A stretch of DNA of 64,000 nt from Cyanobacteria bacterium auto_48_18. GTDB lineage: Bacteria; Cyanobacteriota; Vampirovibrionia; Obscuribacterales; Obscuribacteraceae. The stretch covers positions 198,850 through 262,849 of the forward strand of contig JAVHQC010000029.1 in assembly GCA_036170915.1 (NCBI GenBank). The letters are read 5' to 3'. Position numbers and translations under genes: made by a program. Below, piece by piece: positions 10,141 through 20,339 of this stretch (its first letter is position 1; every line of letters begins with the position of its first letter). The notes below the pieces were generated by a model, which worked only from the letters and a program-made list of their open reading frames with translations, was not told the origin of the DNA and made no database searches.

Positions 10141-12837
10141 ATGAATGACTTACGGCCAGATCCTGGATTATTTCTCACTCGCTTGAAAGAAGAAGAGGCC
10201 AGAAGCGAACGCGGTCGTCTCAAAATTTTCTTCGGAGCGGTGGCCGGAGTCGGTAAAACTTATGCCATGCTCAGCGCCGCACACAAACTGCAAGAGCAAG
10301 GAGTAGACGTTGTAGTGGGCTGTGCTGAAACCCACGGACGTCTGGAAACTGCCAGCTTACTTGACGGTCTGGAAATTTTACAACGCACTAAAGTTGACTA
10401 TAAAGGTGCCGCTTTAGAAGAGTTCGACATTGATGCTGCCATCGCCCGCAAGCCACAACTGATTCTGGTAGACGAATTAGCCCATACCAACGCTCCTGGG
10501 TCTAGGCACGCAAAACGCTGGCAAGACGTGCAAGAATTGCTGGAAGCAAAAATCGATGTTTTCACCACTGTAAACGTGCAGCATATTGAAAGTTTGCACG
10601 ACATTGTCTCGCAAATTACCGGGGTGCAGGTTCAAGAGCGCATACCTGATTCACTGCTGGAAGCCGCAGCCGAAATAGAGTTGATTGATTTGCCGCCGGA
10701 CCAATTAATTCAGCGCCTGCGCGACGGTAAAATTTACATTTCTGAAAGAGCTCAATCAGCCCTCGATAATTTCTTCCGCAAAGGTAATTTAATTGCTCTG
10801 CGCGAGCTGGCACTCAGATGTACCGCTGAACATGTAGATGATGAAATGCTGCGCTACCGAGAAGCTCACAGCATCAGCGAAACCTGGCCTGCTACAGACC
10901 GCATGCTGGTTTGTGTCAGCAACAGCCCACTATCAATTCGCCTGGTCAGGGCTACTAAACGCATGGCTGGAGCCTTGCGAGCTAAATGGTATGTAGCCTT
11001 TGTTGAGACCCCAGCCTATCTGCAATTACCAGACAGCGAAAAGGCCAGGGTAATTCAAACTTTGCGTCTGGCCGAACAACTTGGAGCAGAAATTTTAGAG
11101 CTGCGCGGCAACAATGTCAGCGAAGAGCTGGTGCGCTGGGCCAGAAGCAATAACGTCACTAAAATAGTCATTGGTAAGCCTGCCCAAAGCCGCTGGCTAG
11201 ACCTTATGCGTGGCTCGATTATCGATGAAATTATTCGTCAAAGCGGCAACATAGATGTGTACGTGATCACGGGTGATGGAGCAAACCCTGAACCGCCTAA
11301 GACACGGCGTCTAAGGCGGTCACACTATCCGAAGGCATACCTCTGGGCCGGCTTGATCATCGGCATATGTACGACTATCGCGGCCCTCATGAGTGGGCAT
11401 TTTGAACTGTCAAACGTAATCATGATTTACATGCTGGGTGTGGTTATTGTGGCCACACAGTTTGGCCGAGGACCAGCAGCTTTAGCCTCAATTATCAGCG
11501 TTGCTTGCTTCGATTTCTTCTTTGTGCCACCACGCTTTACTTTTGCTGTTTCTGATACTCAATATCTGGTGACTTTTACAGTGATGCTGATTGTTGCTTT
11601 GGTAATAAGCACACTTACAGCGCGTATACGCCAGCAAGCTCAATCAGCAAGGTTACGCGAAGGACGCACAGCAGCACTTTATTCTATGAGTCGAGAGCTT
11701 TCGTCAACTCTTAAGCTCGAAGATCTTGTGGAGATTGGCCTAAAGCATACAGCTGAAACTTTTACCTCAAAAGTTGCTCTGCTTCTGCCTGACTTCGGTG
11801 GAACTTTGCATGTACAGTCACAACCGTCTTCAACACTAGAAGTAGACCAGGGCGTGGCAATATGGACATTTAAAAACAAGCAGCCGGCCGGGCTAAACAC
11901 CAATACCTTACCTGGTGCCAATGCGCTATATGTGCCTTTACTTGGCCCCACACGCGTAATAGGGGTTCTCGCCATTAAGCCGGCTGATACCGACAGATTT
12001 ATGGCACCAGAGCAATTACATTTACTGGAAACCTTCGCCAATCAATTGGCCATTGCCATAGAACGAGCACAACTGGCAGACGAAAATGAATTGGCCATGC
12101 TGCAAGTAAAAGCAGAACAATTGAGGAATAGTCTACTAAGCTCAGTTTCGCACGATCTGCGCACTCCCCTTGCCACCATTACCGGTGCCGCCAGCAGTAT
12201 CGTGGAAGGCTCGGCTGACATTACCGTTTCGGCCTGCAAAGAAATGGCGCAAGAAATAGTGCAAGAGTCAGAGCGCCTCAATCGTCTGGTGGGTAACTTA
12301 CTGGACATGACAAAAGTACAATCAGGCAATTTAAGAGTCACCAAAGAATGGTGCCCGATGGATGAGATTTTCGGCGCGGCGCTAAGCTATCTTGACGATC
12401 GCTTGCAACAGCGACCGGTGCGAGTGATTATCTCTGACAATCTAACGTCTGTGCCTGTAGATTCGACTCTGATACAACAAGTGCTGGTCAATCTTTTAGA
12501 AAACGCTCTGAAATATACTCCTGCTGATTCTGAAATTGTTTTACGAGCATCGGCTCAAGACCAGTTTGCGCAAATAGAAGTGGCTGACCGGGGCGAAGGA
12601 ATTCCTGTAGAAAATCACGAGCGGATTTTCGAAAAATTCTTTAGAGAAGACCATTCTGACAAACCCGGCGTCGGCCTGGGCCTGGCCATTTGCAGCGGCA
12701 TTGTAGAAGCGCACGGTGGCAAAATCTGGATGCAAAATCGCCCTGGTGGCGGAGCAGTTTTCAAATTTACATTACCGCTGAGCGGCGAGGCGCCTCAGGT
12801 AAAAGATCTCGAGATCCTTGAGAATGAAAATGACTGA
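10141..12837 (+). CDS. kdpD: Full-length osmosensitive K+ sensor histidine kinase
   Basis: KdpD domain 'GRLKIFFGAVAGVGKTYAML', 'DELAHTN'; USP domain; 4 TMs; 'SHDLRTPL'; HATPase. In-frame GTG at 10132 is the alternative start. Confidence 0.97.
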   Translation: MNDLRPDPGLFLTRLKEEEARSERGRLKIFFGAVAGVGKTYAMLSAAHKLQEQGVDVVVGCAETHGRLETASLLDGLEILQRTKVDYKGAALEEFDIDAAIARKPQLILVDELAHTNAPGSRHAKRWQDVQELLEAKIDVFTTVNVQHIESLHDIVSQITGVQVQERIPDSLLEAAAEIELIDLPPDQLIQRLRDGKIYISERAQSALDNFFRKGNLIALRELALRCTAEHVDDEMLRYREAHSISETWPATDRMLVCVSNSPLSIRLVRATKRMAGALRAKWYVAFVETPAYLQLPDSEKARVIQTLRLAEQLGAEILELRGNNVSEELVRWARSNNVTKIVIGKPAQSRWLDLMRGSIIDEIIRQSGNIDVYVITGDGANPEPPKTRRLRRSHYPKAYLWAGLIIGICTTIAALMSGHFELSNVIMIYMLGVVIVATQFGRGPAALASIISVACFDFFFVPPRFTFAVSDTQYLVTFTVMLIVALVISTLTARIRQQAQSARLREGRTAALYSMSRELSSTLKLEDLVEIGLKHTAETFTSKVALLLPDFGGTLHVQSQPSSTLEVDQGVAIWTFKNKQPAGLNTNTLPGANALYVPLLGPTRVIGVLAIKPADTDRFMAPEQLHLLETFANQLAIAIERAQLADENELAMLQVKAEQLRNSLLSSVSHDLRTPLATITGAASSIVEGSADITVSACKEMAQEIVQESERLNRLVGNLLDMTKVQSGNLRVTKEWCPMDEIFGAALSYLDDRLQQRPVRVIISDNLTSVPVDSTLIQQVLVNLLENALKYTPADSEIVLRASAQDQFAQIEVADRGEGIPVENHERIFEKFFREDHSDKPGVGLGLAICSGIVEAHGGKIWMQNRPGGGAVFKFTLPLSGEAPQVKDLEILENEND

Positions 12838-13525
12838 GAGCAAACCACTAATTTTGGTCGTGGAAGACGAAACGCCAATCAGGCGCTTTCTAAAAATGAC
12901 CCTTGTGGATCACGGCTTTGACTTTGCCGAGGCGGTTAACGGCAAAGAAGGACTGATGTTTGTAGCCAGTCGCCGGCCCGACTTGCTCATTCTCGATTTA
13001 GGCCTGCCAGACATAGACGGGCTAGCAGTCACCCGTGAACTGAGAGAATGGAGCAATGTACCGATCATTATTTTGTCGGCCAGAGGCCAAGAAAAAGATA
13101 AAGTGGAGGCCCTTGACAGTGGTGCCGATGATTACCTGACCAAGCCCTTCGGCATTGCCGAGCTACTAGCTCGCATACGTGTTGCTCTTCGCCACGGCGA
13201 AAAATCCACACAAGGAACTCCTGACACGGTGTTTGCTTTCGGCGAAATAACCACCGATCTAGTGAAACGTCAGATCACTCGTGGGGGCGAAGAAATTCAT
13301 CTCACACCAATAGAATACAAATTGCTTTCCATTCTAATCAAGCATGCCGGCAAAGTGGTGACACACAATCTTTTGCTTAAAGAAACATGGGGTGCCGGAT
13401 ACCAGCAAGAAACCCATTATTTGCGGGTCTACATGGCTCAGCTAAGACGAAAACTAGAACGCGATTCTGCTCATCCGATGCACCTGATTACCGAACCGGG
13501 CATTGGTTATCGACTCAGGTCTTGA
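12830..13525 (+). CDS. kdpE: KDP operon response regulator
   Basis: 'LDLGLPDIDG', 'HYLRVYMAQLRRKLE', 'TEPGIGYRL'; overlaps the kdpD stop (ATG 12824 also possible). Confidence 0.95.
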   Translation: MTESKPLILVVEDETPIRRFLKMTLVDHGFDFAEAVNGKEGLMFVASRRPDLLILDLGLPDIDGLAVTRELREWSNVPIIILSARGQEKDKVEALDSGADDYLTKPFGIAELLARIRVALRHGEKSTQGTPDTVFAFGEITTDLVKRQITRGGEEIHLTPIEYKLLSILIKHAGKVVTHNLLLKETWGAGYQQETHYLRVYMAQLRRKLERDSAHPMHLITEPGIGYRLRS

Positions 13526-13613
13526 GGCGGTACACTCATCTTCTTTTCCTAAGCTCTTGTAGACGATTTGATACGGCTGCTGTGATAATATCGGCTCTTC
13601 TGTATCCTGAACC

Positions 13614-14801
13614 ATGAGGCTCGCAATGAAGAGTAGTCAGATTTGGCAACGCAGCGCTCTTTCACTATGCCTTCAAATTACGGTCTGTGCTCTGGCTGCT
13701 CAGGCTATAGAGATTGGAGAATGTGTAGTGCTTGATCCCACTGGCGCTGCCACCACTTGGGAAACCGGAAAAGTTATAGGCAAAGATGCCACAGGTTACA
13801 CTATTCGCATGCTGGGAGTGGGCAAATACACTGGTGAATATCATGTGCCAGAGCACTACATTCACGGCTATCACAAGAATGTTCCAGCCCCGGCAGCAGC
13901 AGCCGCCTCATCATCTTCATCTTCTGCTTCTGCTTCTGCTTCTGCTTCTGCTTCTGCTTCTCGTTCATCATCGCCTTTCACCCCGTCACACTCGCCAACT
14001 CCAGGTAACACAGACTCTGCTCGCGAGAGCTGGAAAGCTCTTTCAGCCGATATTGATGAAAGAATTCGCAAATCAAAGGCCGGGGCTTCTGCACCACCCG
14101 GCTCAATTGGGCCAGCTAAAGCCGTTTCAGGCTCCAAAAGTTTAAGTGGCCTGTACTTGCGTCATGAACAGTCTTTCTCGGGAACTTCGCTTAACTATAG
14201 GGAAGACCACTATTTGTTCTTCCCAGATGGTCGGGTCTATCACGGTGTGCCACCAGAAGGTCCAAGCAATTTTAACTGGGCTAAAGAACAAAAGGTTCAC
14301 CCCGAGCGCTGCGGTCAGTATGGTATCAACGGCGACCAGATAACCCTTGCTTATAGCGGTTCAGCACCTTACACATGGAAGCTGAAAATTAGAAGTGCTA
14401 ACGAAATGGAGATGAATATGTCTCCTACGGTAAGAGTCGAGAAGTTTGGCGCTAATGCTAAATTGAGTGGAAACTATCAACGCGGCACTACATACGGTGC
14501 CAGCTATAGTTATGCTGGTGCTCCGACAGTCACAGCTGCGGGAACTTACATATTTAGCCCAAATGGCACTGTTACTTGCGATACAACAAAAGGTATCGAC
14601 GGCGACACCAAAATCACTGGGGTCTCGGTTGGTATACAGCAAGGAAATCAAGGCACGTACACAATTAATGGCAATGACATGACGATGAACCTGGGCGGCC
14701 ACAGCATGCGTTGTACCGTATATCCAATTTATGACCGAGGTAATTCTCAGCTACCTGCGCGAATTTCAATTGATGGTGCGCTTTACGAGCGCAAGAAGTA
14801 G
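13614..14801 (+). CDS. Secreted hypothetical protein (small beta-rich N-domain, Ser/Ala linker, duplicated beta-barrel-like module)
   Basis: Signal peptide ending 'AAQA'; low-complexity linker; two similar C-terminal modules. Confidence 0.75.
   Translation: MRLAMKSSQIWQRSALSLCLQITVCALAAQAIEIGECVVLDPTGAATTWETGKVIGKDATGYTIRMLGVGKYTGEYHVPEHYIHGYHKNVPAPAAAAASSSSSSASASASASASASRSSSPFTPSHSPTPGNTDSARESWKALSADIDERIRKSKAGASAPPGSIGPAKAVSGSKSLSGLYLRHEQSFSGTSLNYREDHYLFFPDGRVYHGVPPEGPSNFNWAKEQKVHPERCGQYGINGDQITLAYSGSAPYTWKLKIRSANEMEMNMSPTVRVEKFGANAKLSGNYQRGTTYGASYSYAGAPTVTAAGTYIFSPNGTVTCDTTKGIDGDTKITGVSVGIQQGNQGTYTINGNDMTMNLGGHSMRCTVYPIYDRGNSQLPARISIDGALYERKK
13921..13961 (+). repeat. (CTTCTG)n in-frame hexamer microsatellite encoding Ser-Ala
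   Basis: Six perfect copies plus a partial copy. Confidence 0.9.
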
Positions 14802-14968
14802 TCATTTTAGAACATTAGACAATCAACCTGCGGCCGCATCTGTGCATATTCTCATGATTTCGGCGCGGCTTTTTGCCTGTTGCCTTCTAACAACGTAGCA
14901 ATGTTAACCCCGGAGAAGGGCCAGTAGAGCTACCTTAGGCAGACATAATGACAACAAATTAGCCAGGC

Positions 14969-16138
14969 GTGTACTATGAAGACATGCCGGAAACCCCTAC
15001 AGCTCCTCCAAAATTTTCGATCGAAACTGCCACCGCTGAAGTCGCAAGCCCTGCCTCGCGCAATGCTCGAGAGAAAACCATGACTGTAGGCACTTCTTTT
15101 GTGCGAAACATTTGGTATTTCGCCACCCTCAGTGACAAAGTCAAGACGGGCAAAACGATCTCGAAAGAGATGCTTGGCGAACTGATTTTGATTGGCCGTG
15201 ACAAGGACGGCAAAGTCTTCGCAATGCGCGACATTTGCCCGCACCAGGGTGTGCCACTTAGTGCAGGTAGTTTTGATGGCTGCAAGTTGCAGTGTCCATA
15301 CCATGGTTGGCGTTTCGACACTTCAGGTGTCTGCACTGAAATTCCAGACCTGGCTGAATGTAATAAAATGAACGTCGGTGCCTACAAAACACCATCCTTC
15401 CCTTGTGAAGAAGTTCAGGGCTGCATCTGGGTTTACTTCGGTGACGCCAAGGATAATTTGCCTGAAATACCAAGCGCACCACTTCTTGATGGTGGCACTT
15501 TCGCTCTAACAAGCACCACTTTAAGACTGCCGAATCATTTTGATTATCATGTAGTCGCTTTGCTTGATCCGGCTCATGTACCTTACGTCCACAAACAATG
15601 GTGGTGGTCGCGCGGAGCACACTCTATCAAAGAGAAGGTAAAAACCTATGTACCGTGCGGTACTGGTTGGACCATGGTCAAGCACAAAAGACCGAAGCAA
15701 TCTTTTCTGCTCAATTTTCTAGGTACTGATATCGAAACTGAAATTGGTTTCCGTCTGCCAGCCTATCGTATGGAACACATTATCACCGGCGGCAAGGCAG
15801 TTTTATCAGGCATCACAACGCTTACACCTATCGACGAAAACACCACAGAATTTACACATATAACTTACTGGGCTGCGCCCTTTGCCCGTCTGTTCGCGCC
15901 GCTGGTGCGACCTTTCATTAATTGGGGAGTCTATAGTTTTGTTGTTCAAGACGGTGGCATTGCCATCCTGCAAGCTAAGGGTTTGCGCTACAAGCCCAAC
16001 CTAATCATGACGATAAGAGATTCCGGTACACCAAGTAAATGGTATTTCGCTCTTAAAAAAGAATGGAATGACTCTCAAGATGAAGGCCGACCCTTCGTCA
16101 ATCCGATAGAAGAAACAATTTTGCGCTGGCGAACCTGA
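14969..16138 (+). CDS. Rieske non-heme iron oxygenase alpha subunit (VanA/PaO-like)
   Basis: Rieske 'CPH...CPYHGW'; mononuclear Fe motif 'DPAHVPYVH'; ATG 14984 is an alternative start. Confidence 0.9.
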   Translation: MYYEDMPETPTAPPKFSIETATAEVASPASRNAREKTMTVGTSFVRNIWYFATLSDKVKTGKTISKEMLGELILIGRDKDGKVFAMRDICPHQGVPLSAGSFDGCKLQCPYHGWRFDTSGVCTEIPDLAECNKMNVGAYKTPSFPCEEVQGCIWVYFGDAKDNLPEIPSAPLLDGGTFALTSTTLRLPNHFDYHVVALLDPAHVPYVHKQWWWSRGAHSIKEKVKTYVPCGTGWTMVKHKRPKQSFLLNFLGTDIETEIGFRLPAYRMEHIITGGKAVLSGITTLTPIDENTTEFTHITYWAAPFARLFAPLVRPFINWGVYSFVVQDGGIAILQAKGLRYKPNLIMTIRDSGTPSKWYFALKKEWNDSQDEGRPFVNPIEETILRWRT

Positions 16139-16147
16139 GTTCGCTAA

Positions 16148-17638
16148 TTATTTCTGCTCCGGAAACACAGTTTCATGTGAAATTTTAGTATTCCAGGGAA
16201 TTTGCGATAACGGACTTTGCGGATTTCTCAAATAAGAGCTTGCCGCCAGCTCCATACTTGCCTGGTCTTGAGCTTGGATTTCGGGATTCCAAAAGCTGCG
16301 ACCAATCAGATACTCACGATGATACTGCTCCCAGCTCGTATATCTGGACTGCATTTCTTTGGCGTTGTGCAACATAATCATAAGCGCATCGTGCTCGGTC
16401 AAAATTCCCGCTCGCAGTGCTTCTCTACAGAGATTTGTACTTCGCCCCAGGTCATATCCAATAACACCTCGTTCACCAAATTCATCACCGTATTTCATAA
16501 CCAAATCAATCTTGCCGTACGTGGTGTGATGGTGATTGTCGAGAAGTTGTCTCCGTTTCTGCTCGGAGGTTCCGCGCAGAGTAGACTTCTCCTTCCATAG
16601 TTCCAGCCATTCGTTATTGCCGGCTCCCGATGACAGATACCAAATCATTTCTAAGGTCTCCGCGCGATCGGTAAAACCCCAGAGCTTTTGCATGGAGTCA
16701 TGTGCTTCTTTCTTTACTTCGTCATTAGTAGGTTTGCCAGTCAAAGTCAAAAATCCAAGATTGTTTTGAAGAGCTAGCGGAAAGCCTACACAAATTAAAA
16801 ATCTGCGCGCATTATTTGACTCTTTATTGGCGTGTTCATATTCAGCATCAGCAAGAATCTCTCGATAAGTACGAAGAGTATAGTAAGTCTTGTCATCAGC
16901 CAAATTGAGGTCTTCTCGCGCCTTTTCAAAGTCGAAAAGGCGTCTGTGAGCTTCGCTTCTGTCCTCATATATCTCCGCCGCATTGGGGTCGCTTTTGTCT
17001 CGGAGGGCCTCAGAATAATTATTAATCGCGGCGTTGAACTGACCTTCGGCGAATGCGATTCTTCCTCTTATGTGAAGCGGGTTCTTCCACTTCGGAGCCT
17101 CCAAAAGACACTTTTCAATATCAGTTTTAGCGGCATCCAGTCTAAATTGTTCGACATAAGCAGCGGCGCGCAGTCTTAAAAGCTCGGGATTGTTAGGCTC
17201 TTGACTGAGCAAACTGTCATAGACTACTGAAGCAAGTTCTGGATGTTGGTCATTACAAAAGATCATTGCCTTCAACATTAACAACTCTTTGCTTTTCGGA
17301 TGTTTATCAAGGGCTCTTTCTACAAGCGGCATTGCTTCTGTCAGCTCACCCAGGTAATACTCGGCTAAAATTCGACCAAAAGAAATACAAACAGAATCTG
17401 GGAATTTCTCAGCAGCTGATTTGAATAAGTCATTAGCAGTGTCCAGCTTCTGACTGTTTAGAGCCGTCCAGGCAGTTCGAAACGCTTTGAACTCGGCACT
17501 TTCTGTGTCTCGAGCAAACGCATTTGGCAACTTCGGCAGATATAAATCAGCGGCAACAGACGACCCCGGCGCTGTCACCTGCATTACAGCTACCAGTATT
17601 GCGATAACGCCAAAATGGCTTATTCTAGCTAAGTTCAT
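16148..17638 (-). CDS. Secreted TPR-repeat protein with C-terminal DUF1266-like domain
   Basis: Signal peptide; TPR-like helices; C-terminal 'GYDLGR...AGIL...YTSWEQY...YLIGRSFW'. Confidence 0.75.
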   Translation of the reverse strand: MNLARISHFGVIAILVAVMQVTAPGSSVAADLYLPKLPNAFARDTESAEFKAFRTAWTALNSQKLDTANDLFKSAAEKFPDSVCISFGRILAEYYLGELTEAMPLVERALDKHPKSKELLMLKAMIFCNDQHPELASVVYDSLLSQEPNNPELLRLRAAAYVEQFRLDAAKTDIEKCLLEAPKWKNPLHIRGRIAFAEGQFNAAINNYSEALRDKSDPNAAEIYEDRSEAHRRLFDFEKAREDLNLADDKTYYTLRTYREILADAEYEHANKESNNARRFLICVGFPLALQNNLGFLTLTGKPTNDEVKKEAHDSMQKLWGFTDRAETLEMIWYLSSGAGNNEWLELWKEKSTLRGTSEQKRRQLLDNHHHTTYGKIDLVMKYGDEFGERGVIGYDLGRSTNLCREALRAGILTEHDALMIMLHNAKEMQSRYTSWEQYHREYLIGRSFWNPEIQAQDQASMELAASSYLRNPQSPLSQIPWNTKISHETVFPEQK

Positions 17639-17798
17639 AAAAGCCTCGATTCCCGCACAGGTTATTAGTTCAATGCAGTATACTTTACCGTTAAAACCTT
17701 AGAAGCTATGACATAAGGGGCACTACCAGAAGTTAGTAGCGTGCAAAAATTCTGGTGTCTTATTTGGTGCGTGGTTCTTAATTTCGAATTTCGAAGAT

Positions 17799-18329
17799 AT
17801 GATTCTCGAGTTATTTCAGTCGCGGCATAAAGCTCCCCGAAAAAAGTTTCGAGGCAAAGCCCGTTATTTTAGGAAGATAACTCGCAGTGCAAGAGAGTTC
17901 TCATTGGCACCGGGTGTAGGTCCTTACTGCGATTTCTGGCACTATCACGCCGATTGGCCAGGATGGGGAAACATCAGCTGGTCTATCCGATTTGCGCACA
18001 TTAAAGCCCTTGCAGAGGTCTTCTGTACTATCGACAAAAGCCGCAACTTCATTTCGAAACCGTTCCAGTGTTGGATTTTGATTGTCGGTCGTGACGCTGG
18101 AGAGGATGCGACATTTTTACATACTCCAAATGCGAACGGCACTATATTTCCGTTTATACCTGAAATGGTAGACTGGCATGATGACCGGTTACTGCCTGTT
18201 TTTAAGGACCTGCTCCCAGACTACACACTAAGGATCGGTCATGTTCGTTCCTTAGACGAAGAGGAAGGAATGGCATACAGCAGCTTCTTTATTTACAGTC
18301 CTGAAGTCGGCGTACCGCTGGAGGAATGA
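17799..18329 (+). CDS. Hypothetical protein
   Basis: 176-aa ORF filling the gap; 'DFWHYHADWPGWGN' looks like a conserved motif. Confidence 0.65.
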   Translation: MILELFQSRHKAPRKKFRGKARYFRKITRSAREFSLAPGVGPYCDFWHYHADWPGWGNISWSIRFAHIKALAEVFCTIDKSRNFISKPFQCWILIVGRDAGEDATFLHTPNANGTIFPFIPEMVDWHDDRLLPVFKDLLPDYTLRIGHVRSLDEEEGMAYSSFFIYSPEVGVPLEE

Positions 18330-18383
18330 CACTACAGCGAGTGGCAAACTTCCCTTCTATTCGCTCTTCTAAGCGAAGCAGGA

Positions 18384-19877
18384 TCAGGCGACCACTTTTG
18401 ATTTTGAAAATAGTCTGTTTATGTCTCGGGCAAAGGGATCCTCTTGTGGCTTTCTCCTATCCTTGAGAAGCGGAGTACCATCTTTGTAAGTTTGTGATTC
18501 AGTTTGAATGTAGTGAGTACCGCCCGCGGAGTCATCTACAATGACAGCACCATACTTCTGCATTGTGTAGAAGAGTGCTTTCCCTTGCTTGGTTTCAAGT
18601 CCTATATCTTCAGGTTTCATCGACTGCGGAAATGTCAAAGTTGAACCCATGCGCAATTCTGGAACGTCTCCCTTATAAAGCTCCTGCCAGCCTCTATCTG
18701 CTTTCATAGATGGATGCTTCTTGCCTCCTTCTTCATTGCTCAGATACTTTCCCCACAACGTCAGTTGAATTTTATGACTTGGGGAAATACCTTGCCTTAG
18801 GCCCTCCATCTCATCGAAAGTGATTACCCCTGCCGCACTGGTTGCAGAGCCGCCATGGGCGCCCGACCGATCAGTGGCAATCATTTTGTTGCCTTTAACG
18901 TGAGCCTTGTTGAAACTCATATCTGTGCCATCAGGTTGAATCACCGTTAGAGAGTGATTCATGGAGTTGACACGCGGAAACTCTACGCCCTTTGGCCACT
19001 TAATAGTTCTGAGCAGGTCGCCTTGTTCATTGTTCTTCCAGCCACCTAAGCTATCGTAGACCGGCATATCAATTAGTTCTGAGGCTTTGTACTTGCGAGT
19101 GTCGACAAGGCGGCTGGTATCATTCCATATTTCTCCTTCCGGTTGTATGCGAGAGTCGACCAACTTGTTGTTCTTTGGAAGTGGCTCGAACCAGTAAGAG
19201 GTAGGTACGTTCGACCAATAGTTGTTGCGCGTATGAGTAAGGTCGGCCAGCGACGAACGTGGCGACCACCTTGCTGCTGATTCGCCAGGGCGAGTCATTT
19301 CATCTGGACGGTCTACAGGCTCTCTTGGAACTTCTACACGTGGTGCCTCGGGCTTAGGCACAGGAGTCTCCACACGTGGTGCCTCAGGCTTAGGCACAGG
19401 TACTTCTACACGTGGAGGTAAGGAAGGACGATTTAACTGAGACCAGTCAATTGGAGCGTAACCGAGTTTGCCGAGAAGCTCTTGCAATAATTGCTTCACT
19501 TCCGTCACTTGTCTCTCTAGGCGGTTGCGCTCACCATCGGTAAGGGCACCAGGTTTGTTATCTCCAGGTTTGTCATCGCCGGGCTTGCACGAAAGCGATT
19601 CTGTCGGACGTGAGCTTCTCTGTTCACCGCATGGAGAATCAGTTGCTTCAGATTTCGTGTTGTTAGTAAGGAGGTCTTTCGATAAACGAGATTGTGGGGT
19701 GGGTGAAGAATCTACTAATTGAAGGGAAGGCAAATCAAAATCGAAAACTTTTGCTTGATTGGCTGTTGAGAAACTGGCTCTCTTGCTCTCGCAAGGGTAC
19801 TGCATTGCATTCTGGAAAAGGTTAGAGTGTGTAGCAACGTCAGTGCGTTCAGGTCTGGCGCAGTCAGATTTGTCCAT
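18384..19877 (-). CDS. Hypothetical protein with disordered/Pro-rich repeat N-half and globular C-terminal domain
   Basis: 497 aa; GAGG-like RBS upstream; VEVPVPKPEAPR repeats. Confidence 0.75.
   Translation of the reverse strand: MDKSDCARPERTDVATHSNLFQNAMQYPCESKRASFSTANQAKVFDFDLPSLQLVDSSPTPQSRLSKDLLTNNTKSEATDSPCGEQRSSRPTESLSCKPGDDKPGDNKPGALTDGERNRLERQVTEVKQLLQELLGKLGYAPIDWSQLNRPSLPPRVEVPVPKPEAPRVETPVPKPEAPRVEVPREPVDRPDEMTRPGESAARWSPRSSLADLTHTRNNYWSNVPTSYWFEPLPKNNKLVDSRIQPEGEIWNDTSRLVDTRKYKASELIDMPVYDSLGGWKNNEQGDLLRTIKWPKGVEFPRVNSMNHSLTVIQPDGTDMSFNKAHVKGNKMIATDRSGAHGGSATSAAGVITFDEMEGLRQGISPSHKIQLTLWGKYLSNEEGGKKHPSMKADRGWQELYKGDVPELRMGSTLTFPQSMKPEDIGLETKQGKALFYTMQKYGAVIVDDSAGGTHYIQTESQTYKDGTPLLKDRRKPQEDPFARDINRLFSKSKVVA
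19326..19415 (-). repeat. 36-bp intragenic tandem repeat (PRVE[V/T]PVPKPEA x ~2.5)
   Basis: Visible in the translation and in DNA (ACACGTGG recurring every 36 nt). Confidence 0.8.
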
Positions 19878-20339
19878 CTACTAAGCACCTCTCATTTGTG
19901 GGAGTAACACCAAGTGTAACTCTTGAATCTTGGCAAACCCGTGAAAAAAAATCTGACAGATTTTTATGCAGGTGCTCAGACAATGAAGGCACCACAAGCA
20001 ATACCAAGACGACAACAACCCAAATACCCTCTAGTATTCCAACTTTGTTTTCTTAGCGGTCTTACTGTTGCGACAAGAACAAAAAAAGGCAATCGTCGAA
20101 CATTGCGGCTGCCTTGAGCAACGCGTGCCGGCACGCATCTTATGGGCGCTGGAGGACCAACAATGTCCTAAATACTAATCTTACGCACCTTTCGGCGAAT
20201 GCTGCGTAAGAAAGAGCGCCTCAACAAAGCTGACGCTGAAAGCTGAAGTCTTTGACTTGACGCGGAAGAAATACAGCAAGAGCCAGATCAGCGTCGCAAT
20301 TAATTTGACCGCGATCATCAACTAGCGGAGTATTTAAAT

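Noticed and set aside
13786..14145. Alternative-frame ORFs with poly-Leu or Glu-Ala runs
   Set aside because: By-products of the (CTTCTG)n repeat in the real gene
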